Assembly: GCA_964486045.1 (NCBI GenBank)
Contig: CAZALK010000005.1
Span: forward strand, 190,713-254,712
Origin: an uncultured archaeon
Lineage (GTDB): Archaea > Asgardarchaeota > Lokiarchaeia > Sigyniarchaeales > SOKP01
Reading direction: 5' to 3'
DNA length: 64,000 nucleotides
Shown: one piece after another, positions 1-10,786 of the stretch
How positions within the stretch are numbered: the first letter of the stretch is position 1
Layout: every line of letters starts with the position of its first letter
Notes under the pieces: model-generated
Seen by the model: only the letters and a program-made list of their open reading frames with translations
Told to the model about the DNA's origin: nothing
Database searches by the model: none
Translations under genes and position numbers: made by a program

Positions 1-348
1 ATCTTCAATCCAATCAATTTTAGCTAGCACTTCCACATCCTCATATTTAATTATTAATTCAGCTCGAATGATATTTCCCGTGATTTCGTCATAATCGAAT
101 GTTGTGGATTTATCTCCTACTATTTTATCTTTATCTAATTTAATTTTAACTGATTTGACAAAAGGCTGGCAACTAATTGCTGCTTCAATTCCATTTTCTA
201 TAGAACTAATAATTTTTTCGTCTGAACTTATAGGAATTCCACACAAAATATGATAAAGAGTACCTAGTTTAATTCCTGTTTCAAAACAAGCTCTCTCTCT
301 TAAGTTTAAACTCGATGAGAAATAGATCTTTTCATTTTTTCTTGACAT
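1..348 (-). CDS. mptD: Archaeal dihydroneopterin aldolase (MptD/DUF381 family), 3' end runs off the window
   Basis: Manual translation from ATG at 348: MSRKNEKIYFSSSLNLRERACFETGIKLGTLYHILCGIP...AAISCQPFV. The ERAxFExGIKLGxLYH motif is typical of the family, and the gene follows the RFAP synthase. Confidence 0.8.
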   Translation of the reverse strand, partial: MSRKNEKIYFSSSLNLRERACFETGIKLGTLYHILCGIPISSDEKIISSIENGIEAAISCQPFVKSVKIKLDKDKIVGDKSTTFDYDEITGNIIRAELIIKYEDVEVLAKIDWIED

Positions 349-354
349 AAAATA

Positions 355-1374
355 TCAGTCGAAATATTCAATTTTTGCTCCTGTATTATTCGGTTTACAG
401 ATATAAATATGCCCTCCACCGTTCTTCCGATTTTTTTGCACTTCTTTTAGAATAGCTTCCACTTCTGAATCAGATTCTACAATCCCAATAACGCTAGGAC
501 CAAATGAAGACATCCCATAAGCTTTTAATCCATATTCATCAAAAAATGTCAAAAGATTCTTAACAATTTCATTCTGAAGGTCAATTTCGATCTTTTTAAA
601 GCCAATATTTTGAATTCTTTTCAACCCTTCCCCAAAACACTTTAAGTCATTCTTTATAATCCCTGGAATCATTTTCATTATAATTTGATGAGAAACCTCA
701 TTTACTTCCTTTTGGGGAATTGGCGCGTAATTCTGAAAAACCCTAATTTCTTCATCCCCAAAAGCACCTTTTTTGACATCAGGAATTACTAATAAAAATC
801 TCCAATTTTCAGGGATGTTATGCCGAGAAATTGTTAATGCTGGATTCACTGAAGGGGAAGCAGATGAGGGTAAAAAAGTTTCTTTTTCTTTTCCAAACCC
901 AAAGTCATGTCCACCATCTAATATAAAACCTCCTGTCTCAAAACCACTCCAACCAATCCCAGATGTACCTCCCCTATTTACCATTTGAGTCATTTGTTTT
1001 ATAGATAAATGATTAATATTCTTCAATTTGGTTATCGCACTGATGATAGCTAAAGATAGTTGAGTTTTTGACCCTAGTCCTACGTGTGAGGGAAAGTATC
1101 TTTTAAGGTTGAAGTGGAAATTTTTATTACTAATATTAAATGTTTTAAATACTTTTGAAGCAATTTCATTGATTACTTCTATTGACTCTCTATAATATTT
1201 ATGAGCTTCAATCTGAAACTCCTCAGCACTATTTGAAGCCTCAAACACGACGTTAGGCTGATCTAACATAAGACCTATACCGCCATCAACTCGACCAGTA
1301 TACCCATTTTCATCTATTAAAGAAAGGTGTATGCGACATGGGGTTGTAATTCTTAAGGATGTCATATTTTTCAA
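355..1374 (-). CDS. Beta-ribofuranosylaminobenzene 5'-phosphate synthase (GHMP kinase family)
   Basis: TPCRIHLSLID, GRVDGGIG, PSHVGLGSKTQL, RGGTSGIG and GMSSFGP motifs. Confidence 0.88.
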   Translation of the reverse strand: MKNMTSLRITTPCRIHLSLIDENGYTGRVDGGIGLMLDQPNVVFEASNSAEEFQIEAHKYYRESIEVINEIASKVFKTFNISNKNFHFNLKRYFPSHVGLGSKTQLSLAIISAITKLKNINHLSIKQMTQMVNRGGTSGIGWSGFETGGFILDGGHDFGFGKEKETFLPSSASPSVNPALTISRHNIPENWRFLLVIPDVKKGAFGDEEIRVFQNYAPIPQKEVNEVSHQIIMKMIPGIIKNDLKCFGEGLKRIQNIGFKKIEIDLQNEIVKNLLTFFDEYGLKAYGMSSFGPSVIGIVESDSEVEAILKEVQKNRKNGGGHIYICKPNNTGAKIEYFD

Positions 1375-1586
1375 TTTAGAAGAGCAATTTCAACTATGAT
1401 TAAGAGTTTTTATAATAATTTAAATGTTTAATGTCTTCTAAACATAAATTTCTCAATAAATGGGAAATGTGTAGATTATTGACTCAATTAAAAGCAAATA
1501 ATCAGATTATTAATGATCAAAGAATTTTTCTTTTAGATTTTGCTATAAGATTTATTGCTAAAATTCGTAATAATAAGGTTGTTATA

Positions 1587-2099
1587 TTGAGTGATCTAGA
1601 AGGATTGACAAGGAATTTATTGAGTAAAGGATATACGGACCAACAAATTATTCAAAGATTGGTTCAGGAATATCATGACTTTAAAGAAATTGAAGATGCT
1701 TCAGCAGTTAAGCTTGCGGAAGCTATCTTAGATGAGTGCAGAAAAAGTGATAAAAATCTAATAACTGACTCCGTTATCAAAGATATATTAGATATAAATA
1801 AATCTGAAGTTACAGTAGGTAAGCAAGGTGTGGGATGTAGAGGTGCAGGAGATTTTTTTGTTCATAAATTAATCGCTGAATTGTCAGAAACAGGATCAAA
1901 AGCTTATTTAACTCCAGTTTCCTTAGATGATGCAGGAGCAGTCAATTTACTAGACATTAATGATAATATAAATTTATCAGGCTTAAAAGAAAATTTATTT
2001 ATTGTCTCAAAAATGGAAGGAATTCATTCTCGATTAAGCGATTTTCCATTTATCTGTGGTTTTCATGTTACTCGAGCGTGTTTAAGGGATTTACCTTAA
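1587..2099 (+). pseudogene. Truncated, intronless 5' paralog of the AIR-synthase-like gene at 4087
   Basis: Starts TTG-SDLEGLTR like the 4087 copy and shares GKQGVGCRGxGDFFVH and SKMEGIHSRLSDFPF. It stops at FHVTRACLRDLP*, where the full copy continues RDLYVKG. Confidence 0.8.
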
Positions 2100-2283
2100 A
2101 CTTTATACTATTATAAATAATTAAAATAATGAAATTATTATTATTTACAGAAATTCTGAAATTTAATACTGATACATCAGTATCAACTGTAAAGCCCTTT
2201 AGATTTATTGATAACTCTACATCAGAATAAGTTCGAAAATTTCTAGAAAAAAGATAATATCTATAAATTTGATTTCCTTAATT

Positions 2284-2502
2284 TTAACTTTTCTTTCTAT
2301 TTATTAAATAATCAAGTATATTCTCAATTTCTTCATCTTCTTTAAAGTAGATAGGTTGATCTCTTAGAGCAGATCCAAAGATATTTTGTATAAATTGTCC
2401 AAATCTCAAATCTGGGGAATTTTGCCACAGTTTTTCTATTTTTTCTAATATTCTCTTTATCCTCTTAGGATCGCGGTCTTCACTCCAAAGTTCTATAATC
2501 AT
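2284..2502 (-). CDS. Small hypothetical protein of the RDPKRI...PDLRFGQ type often seen in mobile or phage DNA
   Basis: 72-aa ORF with RDPKRIKRIL..W...PDLRFGQ; family recognition is from memory only. Confidence 0.55.
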   Translation of the reverse strand: MIIELWSEDRDPKRIKRILEKIEKLWQNSPDLRFGQFIQNIFGSALRDQPIYFKEDEEIENILDYLINRKKS

Positions 2503-2844
2503 GACCTCTTTTTCTTTACTGATTTAAATATGTTATTCTTTAACTCCCAAAAACAAAACTTAATAACAATTCTCCCAATCTTTGTTGAGGAAAATGGCTC
2601 CAAACCTCTTCTAATAATCGACATATCCTTTTAATTCTCTTCTTATCTCGCATAGTATATCCAATCTTCTAAATAATTTAAAAAAAAAAGACCACATCGA
2701 ATTATTAATTAAATCCTCACACTTTCATTTCTTTTTTTCAATAATCGGTTTTTTTATATCTAACAGAATCTTATGTTTAAAAAGATATTAATTAAACAAC
2801 CACAATTATGTAGATTATTCATAAAAAGGTTTTACAAATAACCC

Positions 2845-3073
2845 ATGAAATTAAAAAAACTATGGTTATTATATGAAATAATAGATAAGAACCCAGGATA
2901 TACCATTGATGAATTGCAACAGAAGGTAAAGTGGACAAGAAAAAAAATCACAAGATAATGCTAAAAAATTAGTTAGAGACAAAATAGTGCTACAACCAAA
3001 ATATTTTCCTACTCCATTCAAAGACTTAATTAATTGGGATGAAATAAAATATGCCAAAAAACCAATAGATTAA
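2845..3073 (+). pseudogene. Frameshifted small winged-HTH-like protein
   Basis: MKLKKLWLLYEIIDKNPGYTIDELQQKVKWTRKKITR* continues in the +1 frame as AKKLVRDKIVLQPKYFPTPFKDLINWDEIKYAKKPID*. The extra base lies near 2955. Confidence 0.5.
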
Positions 3074-3355
3074 ACAATTTCTTCCAAGTTAATCAAAAGA
3101 AGTCATTCATCAACTAAAAAATCGATAAATAGGATTTTCCATTGATAAATAGATTTTATCTTATCTGATTTAAGTAAAACTGTCGTCATTGAAATTAACG
3201 AAGAATACTTTCTTAACCTTCGAATTTTCTTAATACTATTGATCTTTGGGTTTTACTATAAAATCATATTATTTAAAAAATAAGGAAGTAGATGTAAGGC
3301 TATAAAAAAATGAAAATATATTTTATTTGATTATTAATGGGCATACATAATAGTA

Positions 3356-3469
3356 TTATGGTCCTCCTCCATCCCCCCAATGGCCCAATACCATGCTAGC
3401 CATAGGTATAAAGGAGGTAATGCCAACCAATACAAATAAAAGAACCTTATATAATTTAGTTAATTTCAT
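3356..3469 (-). CDS. 37-aa signal-peptide-like micropeptide
   Basis: MKLTKLYKVLLFVLVGITSFIPMASMVLGHWGDGGGP*: basic N-terminus, hydrophobic core, locally higher GC than the flanks. Confidence 0.4.
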   Translation of the reverse strand: MKLTKLYKVLLFVLVGITSFIPMASMVLGHWGDGGGP

Positions 3470-4086
3470 ACTACTAACCTTGTTATAAAATGAAATGAAT
3501 TTCCAGTGCTTTTACTGGTGTTATTATTTCTAAATACTTCTATTTAAACTGATATAATTTTCTTAATGAAGATTTTAATTAGATCAAATTGCTCTGGAAG
3601 TAATGCGAAAATATTAATAAAATCCTTATTAGGTTTTTAATAAAAAAATTCTAGCTAACTGGATAAGTATTTTATATTTCATAAAAAGAATTTTCTCTAC
3701 TTTCCATCAAGAAGTATTTTAATCGATAAAATAGAATTTTTCTAAAAAAAATATAGCAAGTTTTGAGGAATATAAGATTTTGTTGACTAAATACGTCTTT
3801 CTGATTTACAAAATTTTTGATTGTTCGGGATTTTGAATTGATTAATAGCTTAACTTATATTTTTTCATATCTTAGGTTAAATGGGCATATCTAAAATTTC
3901 GTTATATTATTCGTTCAAAATTATCAAATATATTTTGATTTGAGTAATATTCTTTTTAACTTATAGAAGTATAAGTAATAAAAGAGACTTTTCCTTAAAA
4001 AAAATAGATTTGATGGGGTAATATATTTTATAATCTCTATATTTAATAAATTAATATAGAATGATTTACATGCAAAGGTTTTATTT

Positions 4087-5493
4087 TTGAGTGATTTAGA
4101 AGGATTGACTAGAAAGTTAATGGAAAAAGGTTTTAAAAAGGAAGAAATCATTGTAAGGCTTGTTAATGAATATATGGATTTTAAAGACATTGACCAAGAG
4201 TCCGCAACTCTTCTTGCTGCAGCAATTTATGAAGAATGTAAAAAGAGCGATATAATAACTGTTTCAGATCCCTTTATAAGAAATTTGTTAGATATTAATA
4301 TGGCAAATGTAACTATTGGAAAACAAGGAGTGGGTTGTAGAGGATCAGGCGACTTTTTTGTTCATAAACTCGTTGCAGAGTTATCTGAAACAGAAATAAG
4401 GGCATATTTATCACCTAACTCCTTAGATGATGCTGGAGCTGTGAAGATTAGTGATATTGACGGATTTAAAACAGAAGATGATCTAATCATTGTATCTAAA
4501 ATGGAAGGAATTCATAGCCGCTTAAGTGACTTTCCATTCTTGTGTGGTTTTCACGTAAATTCATGTAATGCGTTTGTGTGAAGCGTATCGAGAGCTGCAC
4601 TACGAGATCTCTATGTTAAAGGCGCTAAGCCTATTTCAATAATGGTTGATGTACATCTAGGAGATGATGCAGACGTAGGTAAACTTTTTGATTTTATGGC
4701 AGGTATATCTTCTGTTTCAGAATTAGCAAATGTTCCAATAACAGCAGGTTCAACTTTGAGAATAGGTGGTGATATGGTTATAGGTAATCGATTGGTAGGG
4801 GGTGTAAGTGCTGTAGGTATCTGTACCAACTTATTGGCTAGGAGAAATATTAAAATTGGTGATAAGATACTAATGACTGAGGGAGCTGGTGGAGGTACAA
4901 TAACTACAACAGCGATCTATTCTGGGAATCACAATGTTGTCAAAGAAACAATGAATGTTAAGTTTCTTGAAGCTTGTGAAGTGTTATTAAATTCGGATTA
5001 CCTAAAAGACATTAGTGCTATGTGTGATGTTACAAATGGAGGACTTCGAGGAGATCTCTATGAAATTAACTATGAAGCTAACTGTGGTATGACAATATAT
5101 GAAAATGAGGTAAAAAAACTTGTAAATCTAAACGTTTTAAATCTTTTAGAGAAAGTGCAAGTTGATTATTTAGGTGTTTCTCTTGATGCTCTCCTAATTT
5201 ATTGTTCTGAATCTGCTTCAAAAAAAATTATTTCAGATTTAAAAAGAATAAGTATAAGATGTGCCGAGATTGGTTTCGTGAATGACTCAAAGGAAATATC
5301 CATGATATATTCCGATAAATCGAAAGAAAAAGTCCTTCCACGATTTCGAGAATCGGCATATACAAAAGTTAAACAAGTAATTGGTGAAGAAACTCCAGAA
5401 TTGATTAAAGTAATGGAAAAGAAAATTGAAGTCGCAGCCAACGCTGCTTTAGAAAAGCGTAACAATATTATAAGAATTATCAAAAATCTTTGA
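4087..5493 (+). CDS. AIR synthase/HypE/SelD-superfamily protein, 458 aa after removal of intron 4559-4588
   Basis: ORFs 4087-4581 and 4642-5493 are in the same frame, separated by a 30-nt insert containing TGA. The spliced junction reads FHVTRAALRDLYVKG. Also has the CDVTNGGLRGD motif. Confidence 0.88.
4559..4588 (+). other. BHB mRNA intron, 30 nt
   Basis: Outer helix tgtggttttc/gagagctgca, central helix acgt/gcgt, bulges aaa and atc, inner helix ttcatgtaa/ttgtgtgaa. Cuts aa|a and at|c give cac gta acg aga (HVTR). Confidence 0.9.
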
Positions 5494-5495
5494 TC

Positions 5496-6320
5496 TTAAG
5501 TGAGTGTGAGAACTTCATTCATTGAGCCAGAACGAAATCCTTCTAAATCAATGGTTATATAGTTAAAACCAATTTCCTTGAATTTCTTTTTAATTAAGTT
5601 TAAATTCTCAGATTTAAATATATTTGGTAAATCAACCTGTAAAAGTTCAATACGAGCTAGACCATTCTCATGATGTCTTACTCTTAATTGTGTTAGGTTA
5701 AAAGTTTTTTTCAAAAATCTCTCTCCTTCTCTTATGCGATATAATTTTTCTTCATTTATCTCTTGACCATATGGAACTCTTGAGGAAAAACATGCCATTG
5801 AAGGTTTTGAGTGAACAGATAAGTCAAAATATTTACAAATTTCCCGAATTTCTTGTTTGTTCATATTATATTCAACATATGGCGTGAATATATCTAAATC
5901 TTTCAATGCTTGCATTCCAGGGCGGTAATCTAAGAGATCATCTGCATTTGATCCGTCTAAAATGGTTTCAAAGTTTCTTTCTTTCTTCACTTTTATGATA
6001 TCCTGATAAAGACCAGTTTTACATAAGTAACATCTATTTTCAGGATTACATTGAAATTCTTTGTCGTTTAAAGGATGACGCTCAATAATCTCATGTGGGA
6101 TATTGTGGGAGCTAGCAAATTTACTAGCTTCTTCAATTTCTTCATCAGGATAAAGGATAGATTTTTCGGTTAAAAGTAGAGTTTCTTTAGCATACCGGCT
6201 TGACAGATAAGCTAAAAGTGAACTATCAACTCCTCCAGAAAAAGCCACTAATACTTTTTTTCCACTTAAAAATGAAGTAATATCATTTAACTTCTTTTTT
6301 ACAATGTTCGATAATTCCAT
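5496..6320 (-). CDS. larE: LarE-like ATP-dependent sacrificial sulfur transferase (PP-loop)
   Basis: AFSGGVDS, RCYLCK, DYRPG, KPSMACFSSRVPYG and GFRSGSMN motifs. Confidence 0.85.
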   Translation of the reverse strand: MELSNIVKKKLNDITSFLSGKKVLVAFSGGVDSSLLAYLSSRYAKETLLLTEKSILYPDEEIEEASKFASSHNIPHEIIERHPLNDKEFQCNPENRCYLCKTGLYQDIIKVKKERNFETILDGSNADDLLDYRPGMQALKDLDIFTPYVEYNMNKQEIREICKYFDLSVHSKPSMACFSSRVPYGQEINEEKLYRIREGERFLKKTFNLTQLRVRHHENGLARIELLQVDLPNIFKSENLNLIKKKFKEIGFNYITIDLEGFRSGSMNEVLTLT

Positions 6321-6425
6321 AATATTTACGAATGCCTTAGATAAACTATGTAGATTATTTAACAAAATAAAAATTACGATTATATATTAAAAATTAATCT
6401 CGAATAAATTAAAGAGGTAAAATAA

Positions 6426-7229
6426 TTACCACTTAAAGCTTGGGTTGAAAAATAGGAGAGTGTTAAGCTTCTGTAATGTAATGAAAACTATGACATAATA
6501 CCAACTTAAGGCAGAAAAAAGCATTATCCATTCAAGAAACTGCCTTGTCAATGGTTCTGGGCTAATAAGAAATAATATTGTAGCAGTCGAAGGTCCTAAT
6601 ATCATGAAGTATCCAATGGGTTTTGGAAATAATTTTTTCTTTATGACAATCGCGAGGCCCGTGAAAAAAGCACCAAAAGCAAAACCACCAAATGCTAATG
6701 TAGAGAAGAAATAGTGTATATCAAAGATGGAACGATCTTCACTAAAGACACCAACAAAGAACAATCCAAATATTCCTACTACAAGAAAGACTACACCTGT
6801 ATAACCAAATATTCTTCTAAATTTATTTACATAATGGGTACGCTTCAAATTATCGATATTCTCAACCATAGTTGAACTATACAGCCGATTTAAATTAAGT
6901 ATTAAGGGTACTATAAAGACTGATGAAACAATGCAAGTTATATCGAGTATAAACGGTGCTGGAGTATATTTAATCGACCCTAAATCACTGATGTAATTGA
7001 ACCATATACTATATGGAAGGGGACCAAAATTTAATGCAACAATCAAACCTAAGATTAATCCGGGTAAAAAGGTTGCTAAACTAATGTAAATTGATATCTT
7101 AACAATTTTAGGATCGGTTATTTTGTCGTAAAATTTCCTACCGTTTTGCTTCATCTTTTTGAATTTCGGATTTACAAAAGCAACATAAAACTTATTAAAT
7201 CGTTCCAAATAAGATACCTTTTCACTCAT
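6426..7229 (-). CDS. DUF998-like multi-pass membrane protein
   Basis: NYISDLGS and GVFSED...IH motifs, several TM segments. Confidence 0.65.
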   Translation of the reverse strand: MSEKVSYLERFNKFYVAFVNPKFKKMKQNGRKFYDKITDPKIVKISIYISLATFLPGLILGLIVALNFGPLPYSIWFNYISDLGSIKYTPAPFILDITCIVSSVFIVPLILNLNRLYSSTMVENIDNLKRTHYVNKFRRIFGYTGVVFLVVGIFGLFFVGVFSEDRSIFDIHYFFSTLAFGGFAFGAFFTGLAIVIKKKLFPKPIGYFMILGPSTATILFLISPEPLTRQFLEWIMLFSALSWYYVIVFITLQKLNTLLFFNPSFKW

Positions 7230-7412
7230 TTTATTCCCTCAAATTAGTTAATTTAATCTCCCATTCGTATTAAAGTTATTTTAACTCCGAAATTGAATTC
7301 AATATATTCTTAACCCGTTTTCTTATCTATTTCATATATTTTATATTTATATTTCTATCTTTTTTATCAAATTACGTTTAAAATGGACAGATTTTAAAAA
7401 TACAAAGATTTA

Positions 7413-7430
7413 TATACTATTCATAGTATA
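7413..7430. promoter_or_regulatory. Inverted repeat, probable PadR-family operator
   Basis: tatacta-ttca-tagtata about 65 bp upstream of the PadR gene. Confidence 0.5.
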
Positions 7431-7495
7431 GTATTCATAAGATAATATAAAATAAATACTATATAAAACAAAAATTAGCAAATGAAAAAGAGGAG

Positions 7496-8053
7496 TTGAT
7501 AACAATTATCAAACGTGTAAAGGAATTAGGTTCTGATGCATTAATCGCTTCAAAAAAATTTAGAGATTATGTTGAAAAGCAAGAAACTGAGATTAATAGA
7601 GGAATTAGCTCGCTTTGTATATTATCAACAATTATGCAGTCTGAAGAAAAGGAACTACATGGATACAAAATTTTAAAAGATCTTACAGAAAAGACAAATG
7701 AGATGTTAGTTATCGAGGAAGGAACGCTTTACCCAATATTACGAAAATTAGAACAAGATAATATTATTACATCGAGAAGAGAAGAATCTGGAAGGAAAAG
7801 GAAATTTTATAGCATGACTAATCATGGAAAACAAGTCCTTAATCACCTAGTAGGATTTTATTCGAAATTGACAGAGGCTATCGCGCCTTTATTTGATGTA
7901 AAGGTTGATTTAAAGCAAGAAAAATATTTTTATTGTCCAATGTGTGCCAACAAATTTGAGATTTCATCAATCTCTGAAGAGTTGAAATTTTGTACGATTT
8001 GTGGGTTTAATATTGAACAAGAATTAGAAAAACGAGGTTTAAGAAATGAATGA
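7496..8053 (+). CDS. PadR-family transcriptional regulator with C-terminal zinc ribbon
   Basis: HGYKI...EGTLYPILRKLE...RKRKFYSMT; CPMC...CTICG. Confidence 0.85.
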   Translation: MITIIKRVKELGSDALIASKKFRDYVEKQETEINRGISSLCILSTIMQSEEKELHGYKILKDLTEKTNEMLVIEEGTLYPILRKLEQDNIITSRREESGRKRKFYSMTNHGKQVLNHLVGFYSKLTEAIAPLFDVKVDLKQEKYFYCPMCANKFEISSISEELKFCTICGFNIEQELEKRGLRNE

Positions 8054-9074
8054 AAACGAAATGAATAATATGATTAAAGAATATTTAAAGAATGTAAAAG
8101 ATAAACTCCCCGAATGGCTAAAAGACAAAAAAGAACATGAAGAGATATTGGCTGAACTTGAAGACCATATTTGGAGTAAGGCAGAAGAATTATCGCAAAA
8201 CAGTCAACCCAGTTTAGATTCAGTTCAAATGGCAATTGAGCATATGGGAACACCAGAAAGCATTGGTAAAGAATACAAACGTCGTGGAACCCCAAAAGTT
8301 TACATCACTGAGGAATTGTGGCCATATTACAAAAAAGCTATAGGTGGAGTGTTTTCATTAATATTCGTCATTGTTGTAATAATCCAGGTCGTAAATTTGA
8401 TATTCGGAAACTTTGATTCATTTTGGGATGGAGTAATGGGTTTTCAGATTGGATTACTTATAGCTTTTGCAGTGTTAACCATTATTTTTGTGGCTCTAAG
8501 CCTTGAGGGCTATTTTCCGGAAGATTTCATGTCTGCAAAATCGTTAGATAAGATGAAAGACGAGAAAGGTATAACAGAAGAAAAGGAACGACCTTCAAAA
8601 CCTTTCATAAAGCCAGTAGGAGAAATTATAGGAGGATTGTTTGGTCTTATCATCGGAGTGCTATTCATTGTACAACCTTTTCCATTTTTAACGGCTATTA
8701 TTGACGCAGAGTTTCTTTTATTCCTTCAATTTGCTGGTGCTTTTATGTTGGCAGAAGGAATTATAGATTTAATCCGAGGACTAATAGGAAATAGACAGCT
8801 AAGAATTCATCAAATGATTCATGGTATTCTTATTGTTGTAAAACTTTCTTCAATTTCTGTAGTAATTTTGATGATGAATCGACCAGAAATATTTCCAATA
8901 TTGATTACGAATACCCCAGGGGGTCCACTTATTAATATTGGAATTGTTCCCGGTTTCTATAATATTTTTAGAGCAATAGCAGGTCTTGTAATAGCTGCAG
9001 TCGCACTTAGCACAATTGAAGATTTCTATAGAATATACAAGGCAGAAAAATATCTAAACTTAGAAAATAATTAA
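8046..9074 (+). CDS. Membrane protein with N-terminal HAAS-like domain (usual PadR partner)
   Basis: EYL...EILAELEDHI...MGTPESIGKEY followed by TM helices; overlaps the padR stop. Confidence 0.7.
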   Translation: MNENEMNNMIKEYLKNVKDKLPEWLKDKKEHEEILAELEDHIWSKAEELSQNSQPSLDSVQMAIEHMGTPESIGKEYKRRGTPKVYITEELWPYYKKAIGGVFSLIFVIVVIIQVVNLIFGNFDSFWDGVMGFQIGLLIAFAVLTIIFVALSLEGYFPEDFMSAKSLDKMKDEKGITEEKERPSKPFIKPVGEIIGGLFGLIIGVLFIVQPFPFLTAIIDAEFLLFLQFAGAFMLAEGIIDLIRGLIGNRQLRIHQMIHGILIVVKLSSISVVILMMNRPEIFPILITNTPGGPLINIGIVPGFYNIFRAIAGLVIAAVALSTIEDFYRIYKAEKYLNLENN

Positions 9075-9205
9075 TTATTTTTTTTTTTACTTTTTTTATT
9101 GTTAATGAGTGATTTGAAATTTGGGACTAGTGAGGGTTACTAACCTTTTTAAGCAAATTACATTTACCATTATTATGCTATTTTCAAAAAAAGAGGAGTT
9201 GATGT

Positions 9206-10660
9206 ATGGGGCTTAAAACACGGAACGATTATTTGATAAAAATTAGAAAGATGCGCCCAAATATTTATAAGTTTGGTGAATTGATTGAGGATCTTACCAC
9301 ACATCACGCTACAATGAGAGTAATTGAAAGTCATGCCATGAACTATGATGCCTCTCACGATCAAAAGCTTGAAAAGATATATACAACAAATTCAAGTTTA
9401 ACAGGAGAAAAAATATATCGGTGGAATTCGTTAATTCAAAATTCTGAAGATCTTATCACTAATATGAAATTAAAACGTCAGAATTTTCGGCGGACTGGCT
9501 CATGTACAGGAGCTGTTTGTGTTGGGTGGAACGCACAGAATGTGATGTGGGCAATTACTCAAGAAATGGATAAAGAATACGGCTCAAATTTCCAGGAAAG
9601 GTTAAAAAAGTGGATTATTCATGCTCAAAACGAAGGTTTGACAGTAGCAGGAGCTTTAACTGATGCGAAAGGTGATAGGAGCTTAAAACCTTCAAAACAA
9701 CCAAACTTGGATGCAAATCTAAGAATTGCAAAAGTTCTAGATAATGGAATAATAATTCGTGGAGCTAAATTAATGATAGCGGGTACAGCTGCTTCCCAAG
9801 AAATATTTCTTCTTCCTGGAGCGATTTACAAAGAGTCTGACAAAGATTACGCATTAGCTTGCGTTTTACCAAGAGATACAGAAGGCTTAACAATAATTGA
9901 AGCAACCCGTCCTAGTGATCAGCGGGATTTAGATGATAATTCAGGCTTTGAAGTACCTAACACTGGTCCAACTCAAGGTCTTTTATTTTTTGAAGATGTA
10001 TTTGTACCTATTGATCGAGTTTTTATGTGTGGAGAATATAAATATACTTCTAAGCTCATTCAATATTTCACAGCCAATTATCGGGCCTGTATTGGAGCTT
10101 GTGTTTCTGGGCAAGGAGATGTAATGATTGGAGCTTCAGTTTTAATGGCTCGAGCCAATGGTTTATCTTCAAAGACCTTTATGAACAAACTAGTTGATAT
10201 GTCAATAAACAATCAAATTAATTACGGTTTAGGTGCAGGAGCCTGTGCTATGGGAACAAAACATGCTTCTGGTGCATTTTTTGCTGATCCCTTAACTGCT
10301 CATACAAATAAGGTTATGGTCGCAAAATTACCTTATGAGACTAAAAGGCTTACACAAGAAATTGGTGGGGGAATTGTAGAAACGGGATGTATGCCGTCTT
10401 ATAAAGATTTTAATGGGGCAGAATATAGCGATATGGTCCGAAAATACTATAAAGCAGGTAATTGCTCTCCAGAAACTCGATATAAAATTGCGAGACTATC
10501 GGAATGGCTTACCATTGGTGGCGGTGTACCTGGTTGTATGCATGGAGGAGGTTCTCCTGATGGGGCTAGATTAGTTGTTAGGTTCAATACGCCTTTTGAT
10601 GAGTATGTGGATTATGCTAGAAAAATCATGAATATTGAAGAAGACGTTCCTGAACCTTAA
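9206..10660 (+). CDS. 4-hydroxybutyryl-CoA dehydratase / HpaB family protein
   Basis: GALTDAKGDRS, IIRGAK and CMHGGGSP motifs. Confidence 0.85.
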   Translation: MGLKTRNDYLIKIRKMRPNIYKFGELIEDLTTHHATMRVIESHAMNYDASHDQKLEKIYTTNSSLTGEKIYRWNSLIQNSEDLITNMKLKRQNFRRTGSCTGAVCVGWNAQNVMWAITQEMDKEYGSNFQERLKKWIIHAQNEGLTVAGALTDAKGDRSLKPSKQPNLDANLRIAKVLDNGIIIRGAKLMIAGTAASQEIFLLPGAIYKESDKDYALACVLPRDTEGLTIIEATRPSDQRDLDDNSGFEVPNTGPTQGLLFFEDVFVPIDRVFMCGEYKYTSKLIQYFTANYRACIGACVSGQGDVMIGASVLMARANGLSSKTFMNKLVDMSINNQINYGLGAGACAMGTKHASGAFFADPLTAHTNKVMVAKLPYETKRLTQEIGGGIVETGCMPSYKDFNGAEYSDMVRKYYKAGNCSPETRYKIARLSEWLTIGGGVPGCMHGGGSPDGARLVVRFNTPFDEYVDYARKIMNIEEDVPEP

Positions 10661-10786
10661 AAACCAAGTACCCCTTTAATGCCGATCATTCAGTTAACAG
10701 AAATCCAGTTAATCATAAACTATATTGAGGTTTACTAATTAATAAAAGTATTTGAATGTCTAGTCAAAAAATTTTTACTACAATTT

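Noticed and set aside
1431-1586. N-terminal extension of the 222-aa ORF
   Set aside because: Homology with the 4087 copy begins at TTG 1587; the upstream part is AT-rich promoter-like DNA.
4579-4581. In-frame TGA as selenocysteine in a SelD/AIR-synthase-like gene
   Set aside because: The TGA lies inside a 10-codon insert absent from the paralog, and a strict BHB removes it exactly.
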